Source: Octopus bimaculoides
Lineage: Eukaryota
Assembly: GCF_001194135.2 (NCBI RefSeq)
Contig: NC_068992.1
Location: 46,197,339-46,261,338, forward strand
Length of the DNA: 64,000 nucleotides
Direction of reading: 5' to 3'
Within the stretch, counting starts at the first letter, position 1, and every line of letters starts with the position of its first letter. The notes under the pieces are model-generated. The model saw nothing but the letters and a program-made list of their open reading frames with translations. It made no database searches and was not told where the DNA came from. Positions 12,770 to 25,700 of this stretch are shown piece after piece. Both the position numbers and the translations under genes were made by a program.

Positions 12770-12975
12770 CAGTACTGTGTGACTGGCCCTCCTACTGGTG
12801 GCACGTAAAAGCACCCACTACACTCTCGGAGTGGTTGGCGTTAGGAAGGGCATCCAGCTGTAGAAACTCTGCCAGATCAGATTGGAGTCTGGTGCATCCT
12901 TCTGGCTTGCCAGTCCTCAGTCAAATTGTCCAACCCATGCTAGCATGGAAAGCAGACGTTAAACGATGATAATGA
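12770..12975 (+). mobile_element. RTE-LINE 3' tail / short retroposon, young copy
   Basis: ggcacgtaaaagcacccactacactctcggagtggttggcgttaggaagggcatccagctgtagaaac...ccaacccatgctagcatggaaagcagacgttaaacgatgat; CpGs are retained. Confidence 0.8.
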
Positions 12976-12979
12976 AGTA

Positions 12980-13290
12980 TTGAAGGCTGATCTCAAAGCA
13001 CTGAACCTTGCAAAGGAGATAACAGAAGAGCAAGATATGTGGTGTATTGCTGTACTCGTGAAGACTACTCAAGAAGACCTGTCCACCACAACAACCAAGG
13101 TGCCACATCAAAAGCACCCTGTACATTCTGTAAAGTGGTTGATGTTAGGAAGGGCATACACCTGCAGAAACCAAGTCAAAACAGACTATGGAACCTGGTG
13201 TAGCCCCGGCCATTACCAGTTCCTATCAAACCGTCCAAACCATACCAGTATGGAAAATGGAGGTTAAATGCTGCTGCTGCTGCTGATGAT
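12980..13290 (+). mobile_element. RTE-LINE ORF C-terminus plus 3' tail
   Basis: KADLKALNLAKEITEEQDMWCIAVLVKT resembles the RTE C-terminal segment (DL..LGL.EEMT.DRD.W..AVLEK). It is followed by the same tail as 12770 and ends in (GCT)n(GAT)n. Confidence 0.7.
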
Positions 13291-13324
13291 GATATATCTA
13301 CACACAACACACACACGCACGCGT

Positions 13325-13408
<84 letters not shown>

Positions 13409-13418
13409 NNNNNNNNNN

Positions 13419-13472
<54 letters not shown>

Positions 13473-13959
13473 TCATATACACCCACACGTATGGATTACC
13501 ACTCAGCATACGTAATCAACTCCATGAGATCTCAATGTGTGCTAACTAATGAAATAAAAACAGGATATCACAATATTATCAAATTCTGTGTATACACACA
13601 CACACACACGCACACACACAACACACATGTAGACACAATGTATTATCAAGCACAACAATGCGGAATGTTTTCCCTCCACACACACACACACACACACAAA
13701 CTCCAAGTTTATTAAGTGGATATCAAATACCTCTTGTACCCAAACATCTGTAATAAGCGAGAGCAAGGGGAAAAAGTTGTGAGAAATGAATGGTGTAAAT
13801 TAGATAATAAAAAAGCCAAAATATTAGATGTTTACTTATTGGATTATTGAGGTGTGAAGAAAGATACAGAAATTAAGGATTGGTTTGGAGAAATAAAAAC
13901 AAAACATCCTTTGATATACAAATTGATGTTCTGTAACTGATCTTTTAATTCATACTCAT

Positions 13960-14455
13960 TTAGTCATCACTATCATCACCATCATCAGTGTAAATCTTTA
14001 TCATCACTGTTGCTGTCACCACAATCGATATCATTATCACTATTGTTGTCACCATCACTAACATCATCATCATCATCATTATTAATGATCATCATCATTT
14101 TCATCATCATCATCATCATTACTGTAATCATCATTGCCATCAACATCACTAACAATGTCATTGTCATCATCACCATCACCCTTATCTTCACCACGACTAC
14201 CACTCCTAACACTACAACAACCATCATCATCATCATCAATGACACTATCTTATTTTTGTCAATATCATCACCAATGATTGTCATATTCACTGTTGATATT
14301 ATAATTCTCATCATCGCTATAATCCTCATAACCATCAACATCATAGACAATATCACTATCATCATCATTGTCATTATCAGAACTATTATTACTGTCATCA
14401 TCATCATCATCATCATCGTGGTCATCATCATTATTGTCATCGTCTCTGACAATAT
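13960..14455. repeat. Degenerate (CAT/ATC)n trinucleotide low-complexity tract, ~500 bp
   Basis: Continuous 3-bp periodicity; it produces the spurious poly-I and poly-M ORFs in the track. Confidence 0.9.
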
Positions 14456-15369
14456 GATTATCCGCCAGGATATACCTACAAATTTGGAAGCTACCTATTA
14501 TTCCCAGCCTTTTCAACCTGAACCATTAGCTCTCTAGAATTTTCTCCCAGTTTAATGTCTTTTTTGCAAATGTTAACCTGTCGTAGATTAAAATAAGCAT
14601 TAGCAGCACAAGGCTTGCTGATCTCAAAGGGTTTGCTCCTTTCTTCAGACCTAGTTTCTATCTATTAAACTTCATTCACAACATACTGATAAAGTAGAAG
14701 CTAAAGTAAGAAGAGACTTGCTCAAAGTCCCATACTGCAAACTAACTCCATAACAACACAGCCATGCTTCTGACTTCATTTTGTTTTCTTCCTTGGTAAA
14801 AGCTTCTATAATCCACCAGATATTACACCTGCGCAATTAAAAGTCATAACACTGGCAAAATGATTTTAGTTGGATATCAGAAAACAATGAATTATTAGAG
14901 ACTGATACAGAAATGCTAAAAAATTTCATGTGTGCATGGGTGTATTTACATACACTCATATATATATATATTTATGCCAATGTCTATTCTCTATGTAAAT
15001 GTACTGAAATACACAAGAACATTTCATATACTCTGCAACTACAAGTCTGCATCAGTGTCATTTCGTATTTTTATATATGAAATACAACTAAATCTATCAT
15101 CATCATTTATTTTTGTGTCTGTTAGTCAATGCTAGCATTTGTTGTACAAACATTATTGAAGCATTGTTTCATAGCCTGATGCTTTTCAAGGTACTAACCC
15201 TTTCTTGTTTACAAGCAAGGGATCTATTATTCCACATATCTTTGAAGATGTAAAGACAGTGGAAGACTTGTTGACAAATCCACTTCAGTGATATTTGGAG
15301 AAATGTAAATACATACACATGTAGGTATATGTCTGACGGAGTAGGATACATTCTAGTCACCTGTATAGC

Positions 15370-16060
15370 TGGCTATTCAAGAAAATGTCATCCTCAATGA
15401 TTGGTGTAGCAGCATTATAGTCAACTGCTACAAGAGTAAAGGAGATTCCTTAGACAGAAGTAATTACAGAGGTATCAAATTGCTGGACCATGTCATGAAA
15501 GAAATGGAAAGAGGTATAACACAATTAATTAGGAGTAGAATTAAACTAGACGAAATGTGGTTTGGCTTTGTGCCAAGGAGAATGCTCTACTGATGCTATC
15601 TTTGTAGACAACTACAGGAGAAGTATTTGACTAAGACTAAACTATTGCATTTGGAATTTGTTGATCAGAATAGAACCTTTGACAGAGTATCTCACTGGGT
15701 GATATGGTGGTCTCTGAGGAAGCTAGGGATAGGCAATGGCTTGTGAAAGCTGTACAGGTCGTGTTCAGGGGTGTTGTTAGTAAGGTAAGAGTTAGCCATA
15801 TGTACAACAATGATTTTGGTGTACAGAGGACATGCACTAGGGCTTAGTTCTCAGTCCCTTCTTATTCATCATTGTCAACAAGATCATAACAGAGGAATTA
15901 AAGACTGGTTGCCCCTGGGAACTGCTTTATGCTGATGATCTTTTCTATTGGCAGATTCTGTAAGAGAACTAGAAAAAAAATTCCAGGCATGAAAGCAAAA
16001 CTTGGATTTGAAGGGTTTTAGAAATAATAACTTAGCAAAGACCAAGTAGAGAAGAAAATA
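15370..16060 (+). mobile_element. RTE-clade non-LTR retrotransposon reverse-transcriptase remnant
   Basis: Translates with stops and frameshifts to NYRGIKLLDHVMKEMER...IKLDEM.FGFVP...STDAIF...QLQEKYL...FDRV..WVIWWSLRKLGI...PWELLYADDL, i.e. RT domains including the YADD motif. Confidence 0.9.
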
Positions 16061-17080
16061 GACAGGACCCTACTTATTCCTTTACATGAATATAAACTAC
16101 AGTTTATATTCAAACCTATTATTTTAAGGAAATCAATTTCCCCAAATATATTTGGTATTGAACCAGTATTTCCTTGGATGACATCATCCCTTCATGAGGC
16201 TATCATAACCTCTATCTCAATTATATATATATATATGTGTTTGTGTGTATATATATATTATTTCCATTCCATACAATCATTAAAAGGCTTGTCTATTACA
16301 CAGCTACTACTTCTACAAAATCAACATATGCAATACAAACAAAACTAAAATATATTAAATACCAGATTTTACCGCCTCTCAATTCAATTTGTATTGGTCA
16401 GCATTTTAGTCACAAATAAACACAAGAGTGTAAACATATTAACCAATATCTAATTATTCTATTATATATCCTAATCTACCTTGCAGGCTTTTGACCTTTC
16501 TACTAAATCATTTCAAAAGATGTAAATAAATGGTCTGCATTCCAAGATTCCAAACTACTTTGCTAATTACCAAATGTTCAGCTTCAATGAACTACGGGTC
16601 AAGTTGCACACTGGACTGCTATTTACTTATCAGAAAAGTCACTTCACAATTATTAATGAAGTTCCTCAACAAACCCCAAACTAATTTTGTTTTTATTCAC
16701 TGTCTGTAGAAAGAAATGCCAAACCTTGTTTCTCATTCTCATGCTTTATATTTCCTCTATTCGTTGGTGGAATACATCAACACTACTGTAGGACAATTGC
16801 TGCTTTATTTTCACACTGTTCTACCTATGGCAAAAGATTTTTCACCTGTGGGCATGTGTGTGCGCACACGTGCAAGTGTGTGTGTGTGTTTAGGTGTGTT
16901 TGTTCACAGTTTTACAGATGGCTCAAACAACTATATCTGTATGTTGTGTGTGAGTGTGAATAGCTTCATGGCCATCACTTACAAGTGTGTATGGTGTTCG
17001 TGAATGTACCATGGATTGAATAACAGTTTTAGGAGCTTATGTACTCATGAGCAGACATACATACCCACTTGGTAATTTAC

Positions 17081-17113
17081 CCTTGATGTAGCAGAATACC
17101 CTGAGTATGACAA
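17081..17113 (-). CDS. Candidate 33-nt exon (x-VILRVFCYIK-G in phase 1)
   Basis: Strong acceptor gtcctctctctttctag, donor AGG|gtaaat. All three frames are open, so the frame is unresolved. Confidence 0.25.
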
Positions 17114-18639
17114 CTAGAAAGAGAGAGGACTGCACAAGTTCTTTATTGCTAATATTGCAATGAAACCACATATGCACAGTTTACACTGAGATAACAACTA
17201 TTGTGCAAGCTCCAAATCTCTAAAGACAGCGATTTTTATTGATGTCATTATATAAACAATTCATTTGTAAATAGGAAGAACATTCATCCACAAACTCCTC
17301 CATTACTGTTTCATGAATTCCAACATGTAGGCAATAGATACATGAATAGAAACTATTTTGAACCTATCCAAAAGGTAGGAGCTTGGGAGAAAAGAAACAG
17401 ATGATAAAGGAAGAATACTGAGAATGGTGATATTAAATAGCACAAAGTACTTGGTAATTATATAACTTGTGGTAAGCATCTGATGTTTAGAAAAACATGC
17501 ATGACACAAAAACACTTGACTCCCATTCTATCTTCATCATAATTATTATTATTATTTGCACATCCCTAAATTGCACTTTCTTCTGGTGACCAATTCCAGT
17601 TCAGAGAACATACATATCAGTACCAGAAATTGGAACTGCACTGTTAACCTTTCTGATTGCAAACTGGGCTTCCTTTGATTTTATATGTTAATGGTATCAG
17701 GAGAGATATTCCATAGAATAGCAACTATTTCAATAAAACAGAGTATTCAGTAAAATACGTGTCCACACAGGAAAAAGAGAGACTAGAGAAGAGAACATTT
17801 CCTTAACGTTACACCTGATGCACATTGAAAATCCTTATAAATAATAAGAAAGATTTTTCATTTATTAACGACCAGTAACATATTGGAATAAATATTTGCA
17901 ACATTTTCTTGCTTTAGGCTGGTTTACATTATTAAAACTATTTTAAAAAATTGAAATAAAAAAGTAACTTTAAAATATCTGCTTTATGTGTAAGATGTAA
18001 AAGTTATTTATTGTAGTGACAAGTCAATAGAAGAAGCTGACCAATATTGCTTATAGCAAATGTCAATTGCAATTCCTTAATTTAAATGCAAGCTCTACTG
18101 GTCTTTGTATAGTTTTGGTCAAAAAACAGGAGAACTTTCAAGAACAAATAGTGAGGCTAAAGGCATCGCATATGAAATCTTAAAGTTATTAATTTTGAAA
18201 TATATTTCAGATCTAAAAAGCTATTTCTATATTTAACCACTTTCAGATGCTAATGTGAATTTATTTTGAAATATCTCACAGAAAGTTATATTTTCATGAA
18301 GAAGACAGCATATTTTAAACAATTTGACTAATCTTATGCTGAAGTGTTACTACATTAGTTTGTCCATTATACACTTGCAGGGAAATGTATAAGGTGTAAA
18401 ATATACAAGTAAATACATTTAATAACTGCACCATCTTGTTTTGTAAGATAATCAGAGGTGGGTGTAAAACAGTGACCTTGATTTTTACATAACCTTGGCG
18501 GGGGCATTAACCCTTAAATGTTGCATGAATTGTGTGTCCAATGATAAAAAGTTCTTTTCATAAGAGTAATGCTTATATCTATTTTTACTTTAAATAAGTA
18601 CAAAAACTATTATATTTATGTCTCATTCAATAACATTTA

Positions 18640-19110
18640 CAATCTTATCAAAAGTGCCAGAAAATATCTACAAGACTTGCAAAGCCCTTCTTCCAAAATT
18701 CACTTGTCCATGATGAAAAATACTCCTCCAGTAATATTTTGACCTCATCTGCAGAATTCCTATATCTCCCATCCGAATGATTTTCAAGACTGCAGAATAA
18801 ATGATAATAAGATGGAGAAATGTCTGGCAAATATGGTGGTTGGGGCATCATTTCCCATTCAAACTGCTCCAGCCTTTGGAATGCCATCCTTGCTGTATGT
18901 GAACGAGTATTATTCTGATGAAAGAACACCTTTCATCTTGACACCAAAGATGTTTTTTTTTTCTTCTTTAGCTTGGGGTGCTTGTGTTTTTCCTTTCCCT
19001 GCCCACTGTGTTCAGCACTTGACATTTTTAAAGAAAACCATTTCTCGTCACCAGTCACTATCTGGTCCAAAAGAGGTTCAGAAACTATCCCTTGTTATTA
19101 TCAGTATAAA
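18640..19110 (-). mobile_element. Mariner transposase remnant (catalytic domain)
   Basis: LDQIVTGDEKW near 19050 and HQNNTRSHTA...EWEMMPQPPYLPDISPSYYHLFCSL in ORF 18648-18929 correspond to the mariner TGDEKW, HDNA and YSPDLAPSD motifs. Confidence 0.92.
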
Positions 19111-19609
19111 AAATACAACAGAACAGCGATAGGCCTAATAGGTAAGTTCTTTGCAATGTAGCTAGCATTCACAAAATGTAATTAAACGAAAAATATATTT
19201 ACAGAGAATCACAACACTGTATGCATTAAGTGACATGTCTGAATAATACTTTAATAATTGATGATAATACACATGAAACTATGATGTGTGTATATATGTA
19301 TATGTTTTGCAGCATAATGTATACAGTCTACATGGTTTCAATTATACAACAAATTGGTGTTTGACATTCTGCTAATTTGTGACGTATGTGAAGCTGCTGA
19401 TCTCTAATGTAATAGGTGATGGCAATTAGATGCAGCAGTGATTAGATTCTAATCTAACAGTATATTCTGATACAGGAGGAACTATTAAATGTACTTATGT
19501 ATGTTCTCTTCTGCTTTTAATTATTTGAATTCTTCCTCTGAGGAAAGAGCAGGTTTCTAACAAAGAAACAAAACTCCATCACTGGAACAATGATAACAAA
19601 ACAATGTCA

Positions 19610-20110
19610 CTTTCCATACTTGAGAAGAATCTTACATATTTTAACTGTCCTGCTTACAGATTGTATTTGTAATATGCAATTTAGTTGCTTGATTCCTTTT
19701 CTGAAAACCCTTACTGTATCTGATTGTCAATTAGGCATTTACTCACAAAACAAAGTGCCCCAATTATTATTGGTATAAAAGTAAATTTGTAATCTGGATA
19801 TAGAAGCTGGAAGTTTTGAAGCAGCTATCTATAATTATCCCCTTTCTTTTGATTTTCAAAGAGATACTCACACCAGTAAAGATAGCTGACCTCTATGATG
19901 GTACATAAATGTTCTTGTCTGTCCCAAACAACAATATCTGGCCTGTTATGTTAACACTTGACAGATGTTTTAATGGGAAAGTTTGACCAATATATCTTGC
20001 GCTGATGTTTCTGTAAATATTCAGTGATAGGGTTTTCTCTATATTTATTCCCCAACAGTCATTTTGGTGAACGGCATTGTATATTGTATTTGGAACAATA
20101 TTATGGTGTA
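19610..20110 (-). mobile_element. R4/Dong-like REL-endonuclease non-LTR retrotransposon, 3' remnant
   Basis: Reads YWSNFPIKTSVKC*HNRPDIVVWDRQEHLCTIIEVSY...LLQNFQLLYPDYKFTFIPIIIGAL...LQIQSV.GTVKIC (PD-(D/E)xK REL domain). Colinear with the copy at 44085-44860. Confidence 0.85.
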
Positions 20111-20345
20111 TAGATTATAAATGAAGTTATATATAAAATTCAACATTAAACTGAAGGATCACTCAATACTTTTTGGTAGAATATATATTAACTTTCACAA
20201 GGGAAAGAATGTCAGTGACTTCGAAGTTTTGGCTTGCTTGAGTCATCAGACTACTTACATATATGCATATATGACAGAACCACATAAATCATCCCACACA
20301 CTACGTAGATACACATACATACACAAACATGTGCATGCGCACATA

Positions 20346-20377
<32 letters not shown>

Positions 20378-20934
20378 GATATATTTAAACATTGTTTCCA
20401 AAGCAATAAGTGTAATCTGCTAACTTTCATGTCCATTGATGGCTGAGTCACATTTTGTTAGTTCTAGTCATTATATAACGACACTAGTCAAGTTAGTCTG
20501 TCTTTTCTAATGATGAAAGTGTAAAAATATTTTGGTTAGAATATATTTTTGTATAAATATTCACGAAGACACACACACACACACACACTTATATATAGTG
20601 AAGATTAAATCAGCTTATCAAATTCACATCACTAGCACACGTAACTACAATATATCTATATAAGTATTTATATTCACATGTGCTGACTCATACACTCACA
20701 CACGTGTATGAGTATGTATGTATGTATCTATATGTGAGTGTTTTTGTGTAGGTGTATGTTTATGGGAGGTATGAAGGTGTCTTATTTGCATATTTTTATT
20801 TACAATATGTGGATGTATGTGTGTGTAAGGGAAATAAAGTGAGAAGAAAAAAAGAAAAATGTGAGATTTACTTTATATGTTTTCAATACAGAATATAATG
20901 TTCCTGTATATGTATATATCTATATACACAGAGA

Positions 20935-20980
<46 letters not shown>

Positions 20981-21027
20981 CACACACACACATATACATA
21001 CAGATATATACATACATATATAATTAA

Positions 21028-21850
21028 CTAGCAGAGATACCCGGCGTTGCTCAGAATTAAAATGGTATAGTTTGTTTATATATATTACAGTTATGTTGAA
21101 ACAGGTGATACAGGAAAGTGCAGCATTGACGACAAAACATTTGTAGAGTAAATGATGGTCTAATTCGACTAGTCGACATGTAATACATTCGTTTGGAGGA
21201 TTCCGTGCCCTAACCTAGCGTGGAAAACTGGGGTGGGGGTGTGTAATTTTTGAACCCACCGAAAAGCTGTCAGTGGATATACTCGCCTTTGAGGCGGTCA
21301 GCACTGCGTGTAACACGACCCATCATATGGTTAACAGTCAAATGAATGGAGGTGTAATGGAGATATTATACGTAGATGGGTACATTCTGGTAATGGGCTG
21401 TAATGGGAGACGGTGACGGAAAAGTGAACTTTCGAAAGAGGTTGAGGAGGTGCTGTGGTAGTGCTGGCAATCTTACCTTACCACCTGAGCAGCACATGCC
21501 ACTAGTTTCATTTGGAAATTTGAAAGCTTTGCAGAAACAACAATTTGAGTGTAGCACATCAATTTGTACAGAATTATCGTTTTTATAAGGCTGGGATGGA
21601 TCATATCTGAAAGCAGCTCCTGGTGTTGTAAGGAACGAATTTGCCTGTGGTCTACTACAGTTCTCTGTTGTTACTGCTTAGATACCAAGTCTTACGTTGC
21701 TAGTTTGTATACACTAAGTTTTTTTGTTGCTTGTATAAATACATACACTGGGTCTTCAGTAGTTAGGTGCATATATAGCAACACTACAGTCCTTAAGTGT
21801 CACATGTTATCTATGTCAATACTTTCTCATCAGTCCTAGAATAATGAAAA
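21028..21850 (-). mobile_element. Helitron, internally deleted, with recognisable 3' terminus
   Basis: The minus strand encodes AAFRYDP...VQI..LHSNCCFCKAFKFPNETSGMCCSGGKVRLP, the Helitron RepHel N-terminal Cys motif. It ends gcaacgccgggtatctctgCTAG|t at 21028. The 5' boundary is uncertain. Confidence 0.85.
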
Positions 21851-22604
21851 AATTAGGGATTTGCAGGAATTTTGTCTGTCAGAGCATGTAAAGTCATTAT
21901 AACCAATGTCACTATATTAACATTGACCTAGATATTTGTGGAATACATTGAAATATCATGTGACACTCTTAAACATACATTTTTCCTCGTAGAATGTCAC
22001 TTAACAATATACAAAATATATTGTGAAACAAAAAAAAATGTGCATTAAACAAAACAATAGTTGATGGCAAAAGAGAGATGCAGTTTCCCTGGCACTTACT
22101 GGAATGGTTAATATGACATTGAGTACAAAAGACACACATTATGAAAATACCTGATTTTGTGAGATGGAAGTGAAATGGATAAAACAGATTTATTGACATG
22201 ATGCTGATTTCTTTGGTAGTCTAAAAATATCCGAAGAAATATCAACAAAAAGATAAAATGCAATGAAATAAAACAAGCAATCTTCTTCTCTTCTTCTTCT
22301 TTCTCCCATGCTGCCAAAGATGGACATTGTGTCATTCTCTTTCTGCTGTCAGAATGTCACTACTTAATGTTAGCAATCATTGACAACATTCTTGTGTCAT
22401 ATTGTTGCTGTATCACTAAACACTGTTGACATGTTCCATAGTAATTTGCAATTTTGTACCTCAGCAATTCTATTCTTGCAAACTCTCTGAGTAATATCAA
22501 ACTCACAGCCATTTCGCAAATGAGTGAAAAAAAAGAATATACAATATATCACCAGCAATCTGGTGTATGTAAAAGGAAGTTCTCCCAGAAATCCTGTCCT
22601 TTAC

Positions 22605-22800
22605 CTGTTGTTTCTAGCTTGTCCGAGGTGGTATTTGCGCCGCGCTGATATTTTTCTTAAATTTCTTACACGTGTTTTCAATACAGGAGGATTAGGATTT
22701 CGGCCACAAAACACATTCTCAATATTTTAATTATCTCCCTCTCCATCCCAATTTCTTCATTTTTCACTTTTTCCGAATGTTTTTCTTGGTAATCCATGGA
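22605..22800 (-). promoter_or_regulatory. CpG-containing segment ending in a splice donor; possible non-coding first exon
   Basis: Local CpG cluster (gcgccgcgc, ccgagg, ttcggcc) in a CpG-poor background; donor AACAG|gtaaag at 22605/22604. No ATG in the donor-open frame. Confidence 0.2.
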
Positions 22801-22825
22801 GAAAAAACAGAGTACAAATCTTTAA

Positions 22826-23195
22826 GAATTTTCATCTTTATTTTTTCTTAAGGAAACACTAAAATCTCCTTCCCAACCATCCACCCATTACCTCACCACT
22901 TTCAAAATGCTAGAAACTCTCAATGTTTCACTTTTAGCTTTTTGGAAACCGGGGAAGTATCTTCGGAAATAATGTCATTTACTTGTCGTTTCTAGCATGT
23001 CGGATTTTCTAGTGATGCTCTAATATTTTTTTACGTCTGCTGTTTCAGCACAATTCTATGCATGCATGAAACATCAGCCGAAAGTGAAGCATTGGGTGTT
23101 TCTAGCATTTTGAAAGCAGATAGGAGGATGGGTGGGTGAGGTGGGGAAGGGGCATTGAGCGTTTCTTTAAGAAAAATTAAACTTTTAAAAAATTC
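22826..23195. mobile_element. Foldback/MITE-like inverted repeat (~115-bp diverged arms)
   Basis: ttttttcttaaggaaacact...ctttcaaaatgctagaaactctcaatgtttcacttttagct (22826-22939) is mirrored by agccgaaagtgaagcattgggtgtttctagcattttgaaag...gtttctttaagaaaaatt (23076-23195). Confidence 0.8.
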
Positions 23196-25700
23196 CAATC
23201 CATTATTAAACAACCACCCAGCTATTATGTTACTGACATACACCAATCTTCACCTATCTGTTCTACAACTACTACAATGACCACTGCTCCTCTGAACTAC
23301 AATGTAATATACCATTGCTGCCAAAGTTAGCTGCACACACATCTCTGCTCTTTTTCATCAGCCTTATTGTATTTCATCCTTTTATATCAGAACCTCAATT
23401 CTCTGAAATTCCTTTACTGCTTGTGATTTCATTACAGAATTACAATCTGAACAGTTACCACATTAAATGCACCAGCCTGGCAGGGATAGGTCTACAAGAC
23501 CAACAAACACTATTTGACAAAATCAACTTTGATATATTACTTGTACTCGGTATATTAACATTGACATAAAACTTTTGACACTGACAATATTCAAATTCAA
23601 TGATTCTTTGGTTAAATATATTCTGTACATACCCTGTATCTCTGAATAACTCTTCTCCCTACAGTTGCCTTTCACTCCCTAAATCAGTACTTTTAAATAT
23701 AGATACCAAGATTAAATATTCAATTTCTTTAAAGTATTCTAATTTCTTTCATATTCCAATAATTTGGAGAAATAATAAAACAATTTCATACTTTAACTTC
23801 TCACTTTTTACTTCAATCAAATTTTTATAATGTTTTTATTTTAATTTTTGTTTTATTTAAGATGTTTTTTTATATCAATTTTTATCATGTTTTATTTTTT
23901 TATTTCTTTCCTGTAATGAAATTAAAATGATTGTATCTCCCAATCGTTTTTTACGCTTGCTTTCATCTCTAAACCTTTCATTTGTCGAATTTGTTTAATT
24001 TTCAAAATTAAAATCTCAAGACTTTTTCAATTGTTCTTCCTACTTTAAGGCATAAATCAACATTGTTTCAAGCAAAAACAAAAACAAAAAAAAAAAAGAA
24101 ATAAATATATATATATATATATGAAGATGAGTTAAGTTGGCTTTCATTTGAAAATGCCAATTACAAAATTGAGAGTATTTGCACTGTGTTAGGTAGGATC
24201 AGAATTAAATTTTATTTCACAAATGACATATCTTTGGAGACCAATTAAATAAGAAAACAAACCATTTATATTTGTTTTCTTGGAACTCAATAACATTTAA
24301 ATGACTCTTCTTTACTGAGGTTGTTCTATCATAGCTAATCTACAATAATACTGTTGTTGTTCTACTTTATCATATTATTCTCATGACAAATGATTTCTCA
24401 GTCAGAGAAAAGAAAAAAAGAAAAAGGAAAAAAAACACAAATGGAAAGGAAAAATGAAAAATATTTGGTTCGTCATTTTTCTCATCGAATGTATCTTTGA
24501 TATTTTGTGGCTGACTGGATTAAGCAATGATATTGGTTCATTTGATAACATTTAGTATTTCTGGCTGATCTGTTTATAATAAACAGTAAATTAAGTGATA
24601 ATTAATGTGTGAGTTTCAGCATCATCACCATCATCACCACCATCATCATCTTCTTCATTGTCATCAGTATTATCTCTGATTCCCTACACTAGCACCATGC
24701 CAACACATATCTCCTTAGCATTTCATTTTGTCTGTTGGGCACTCGCTATCATGAGAACCAACATCACCACTTCTACCCACATATTCCACTTTTTTGGTGC
24801 TTGTTAACTTCTCAACAAAAGACATTTCTAGACATTTCTACCCAGAATCAATAGCCAAAGTAATAGTTATCTCCCATGTATTGAACAGAATAGTCATCAC
24901 TCACACCACTCACATACCTTTCAACTTTAACGTAGGTTACACGTCTAACAAGTCACACCTAGCCCACTTATGCTCAACCTTCTGACCTCCTACATGCAAT
25001 GTATCCATGTCTCACAACCATGTAGCATCACAAAATCTGCCTTTTGGAGAAAAAATGGAAATCTTCTGTTGTCAACAGATAATAATTAGCTCGGTGTTTG
25101 AGAGCAGTGTTGCAAAGTTTTCACTGTTTCATGTATGGAACCAGCTGATGAGCAATTTCCAAAATATATTTTGTATATTGATTTAATAAAGGGAAACATT
25201 TAGTCGGTGGACTTTGCAAATGCTACTGGAACACTCTTAAAGTTTCCTTCAAGATTTCAAAATAAATCTAGTATTGTGGATAAGTCCCTGATACACTATA
25301 GTGTACTCCCTAATACACTATTGTTCACACAGATGAATGCCAATATGGTCACTCTACTTACTATAAAGAACAGCAAACAAATAGCCAGCAAATAAGACAC
25401 TACATCATCAAAGAAGCACATATTAGATAATGTAGTCCTATACAAAATAAAGACACATCAATAAAAGGCAGGATAGTCATTGCTGGAGTGCTTTTGATTG
25501 TAAGTCAGTTGAATCAGAGCAACTACAAAAGTAACTTGATTAATGAAAATAATCAAGCAGTCATATAGATAATTCTTAAGTATACAATAATCTTTCAGTC
25601 AGTGCTGTGTTGTGCGAAAACTTTTAAGACAACAATATTGAAACTACACATCAACCATTTACTAGAAAAACATTGCAGAGATAAAACAGATCAAAATTAC

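Noticed and set aside
19869-20009. Apparent minus-strand exon with a strong gtgagt donor
   Set aside because: It lies inside the R4-like REL remnant (RPDIVVWD motif), so it is explained as a TE.
20686-20713. 10-bp perfect hairpin actcatacac/gtgtatgagt
   Set aside because: Expected by chance among adjacent CA and TG microsatellite remnants.
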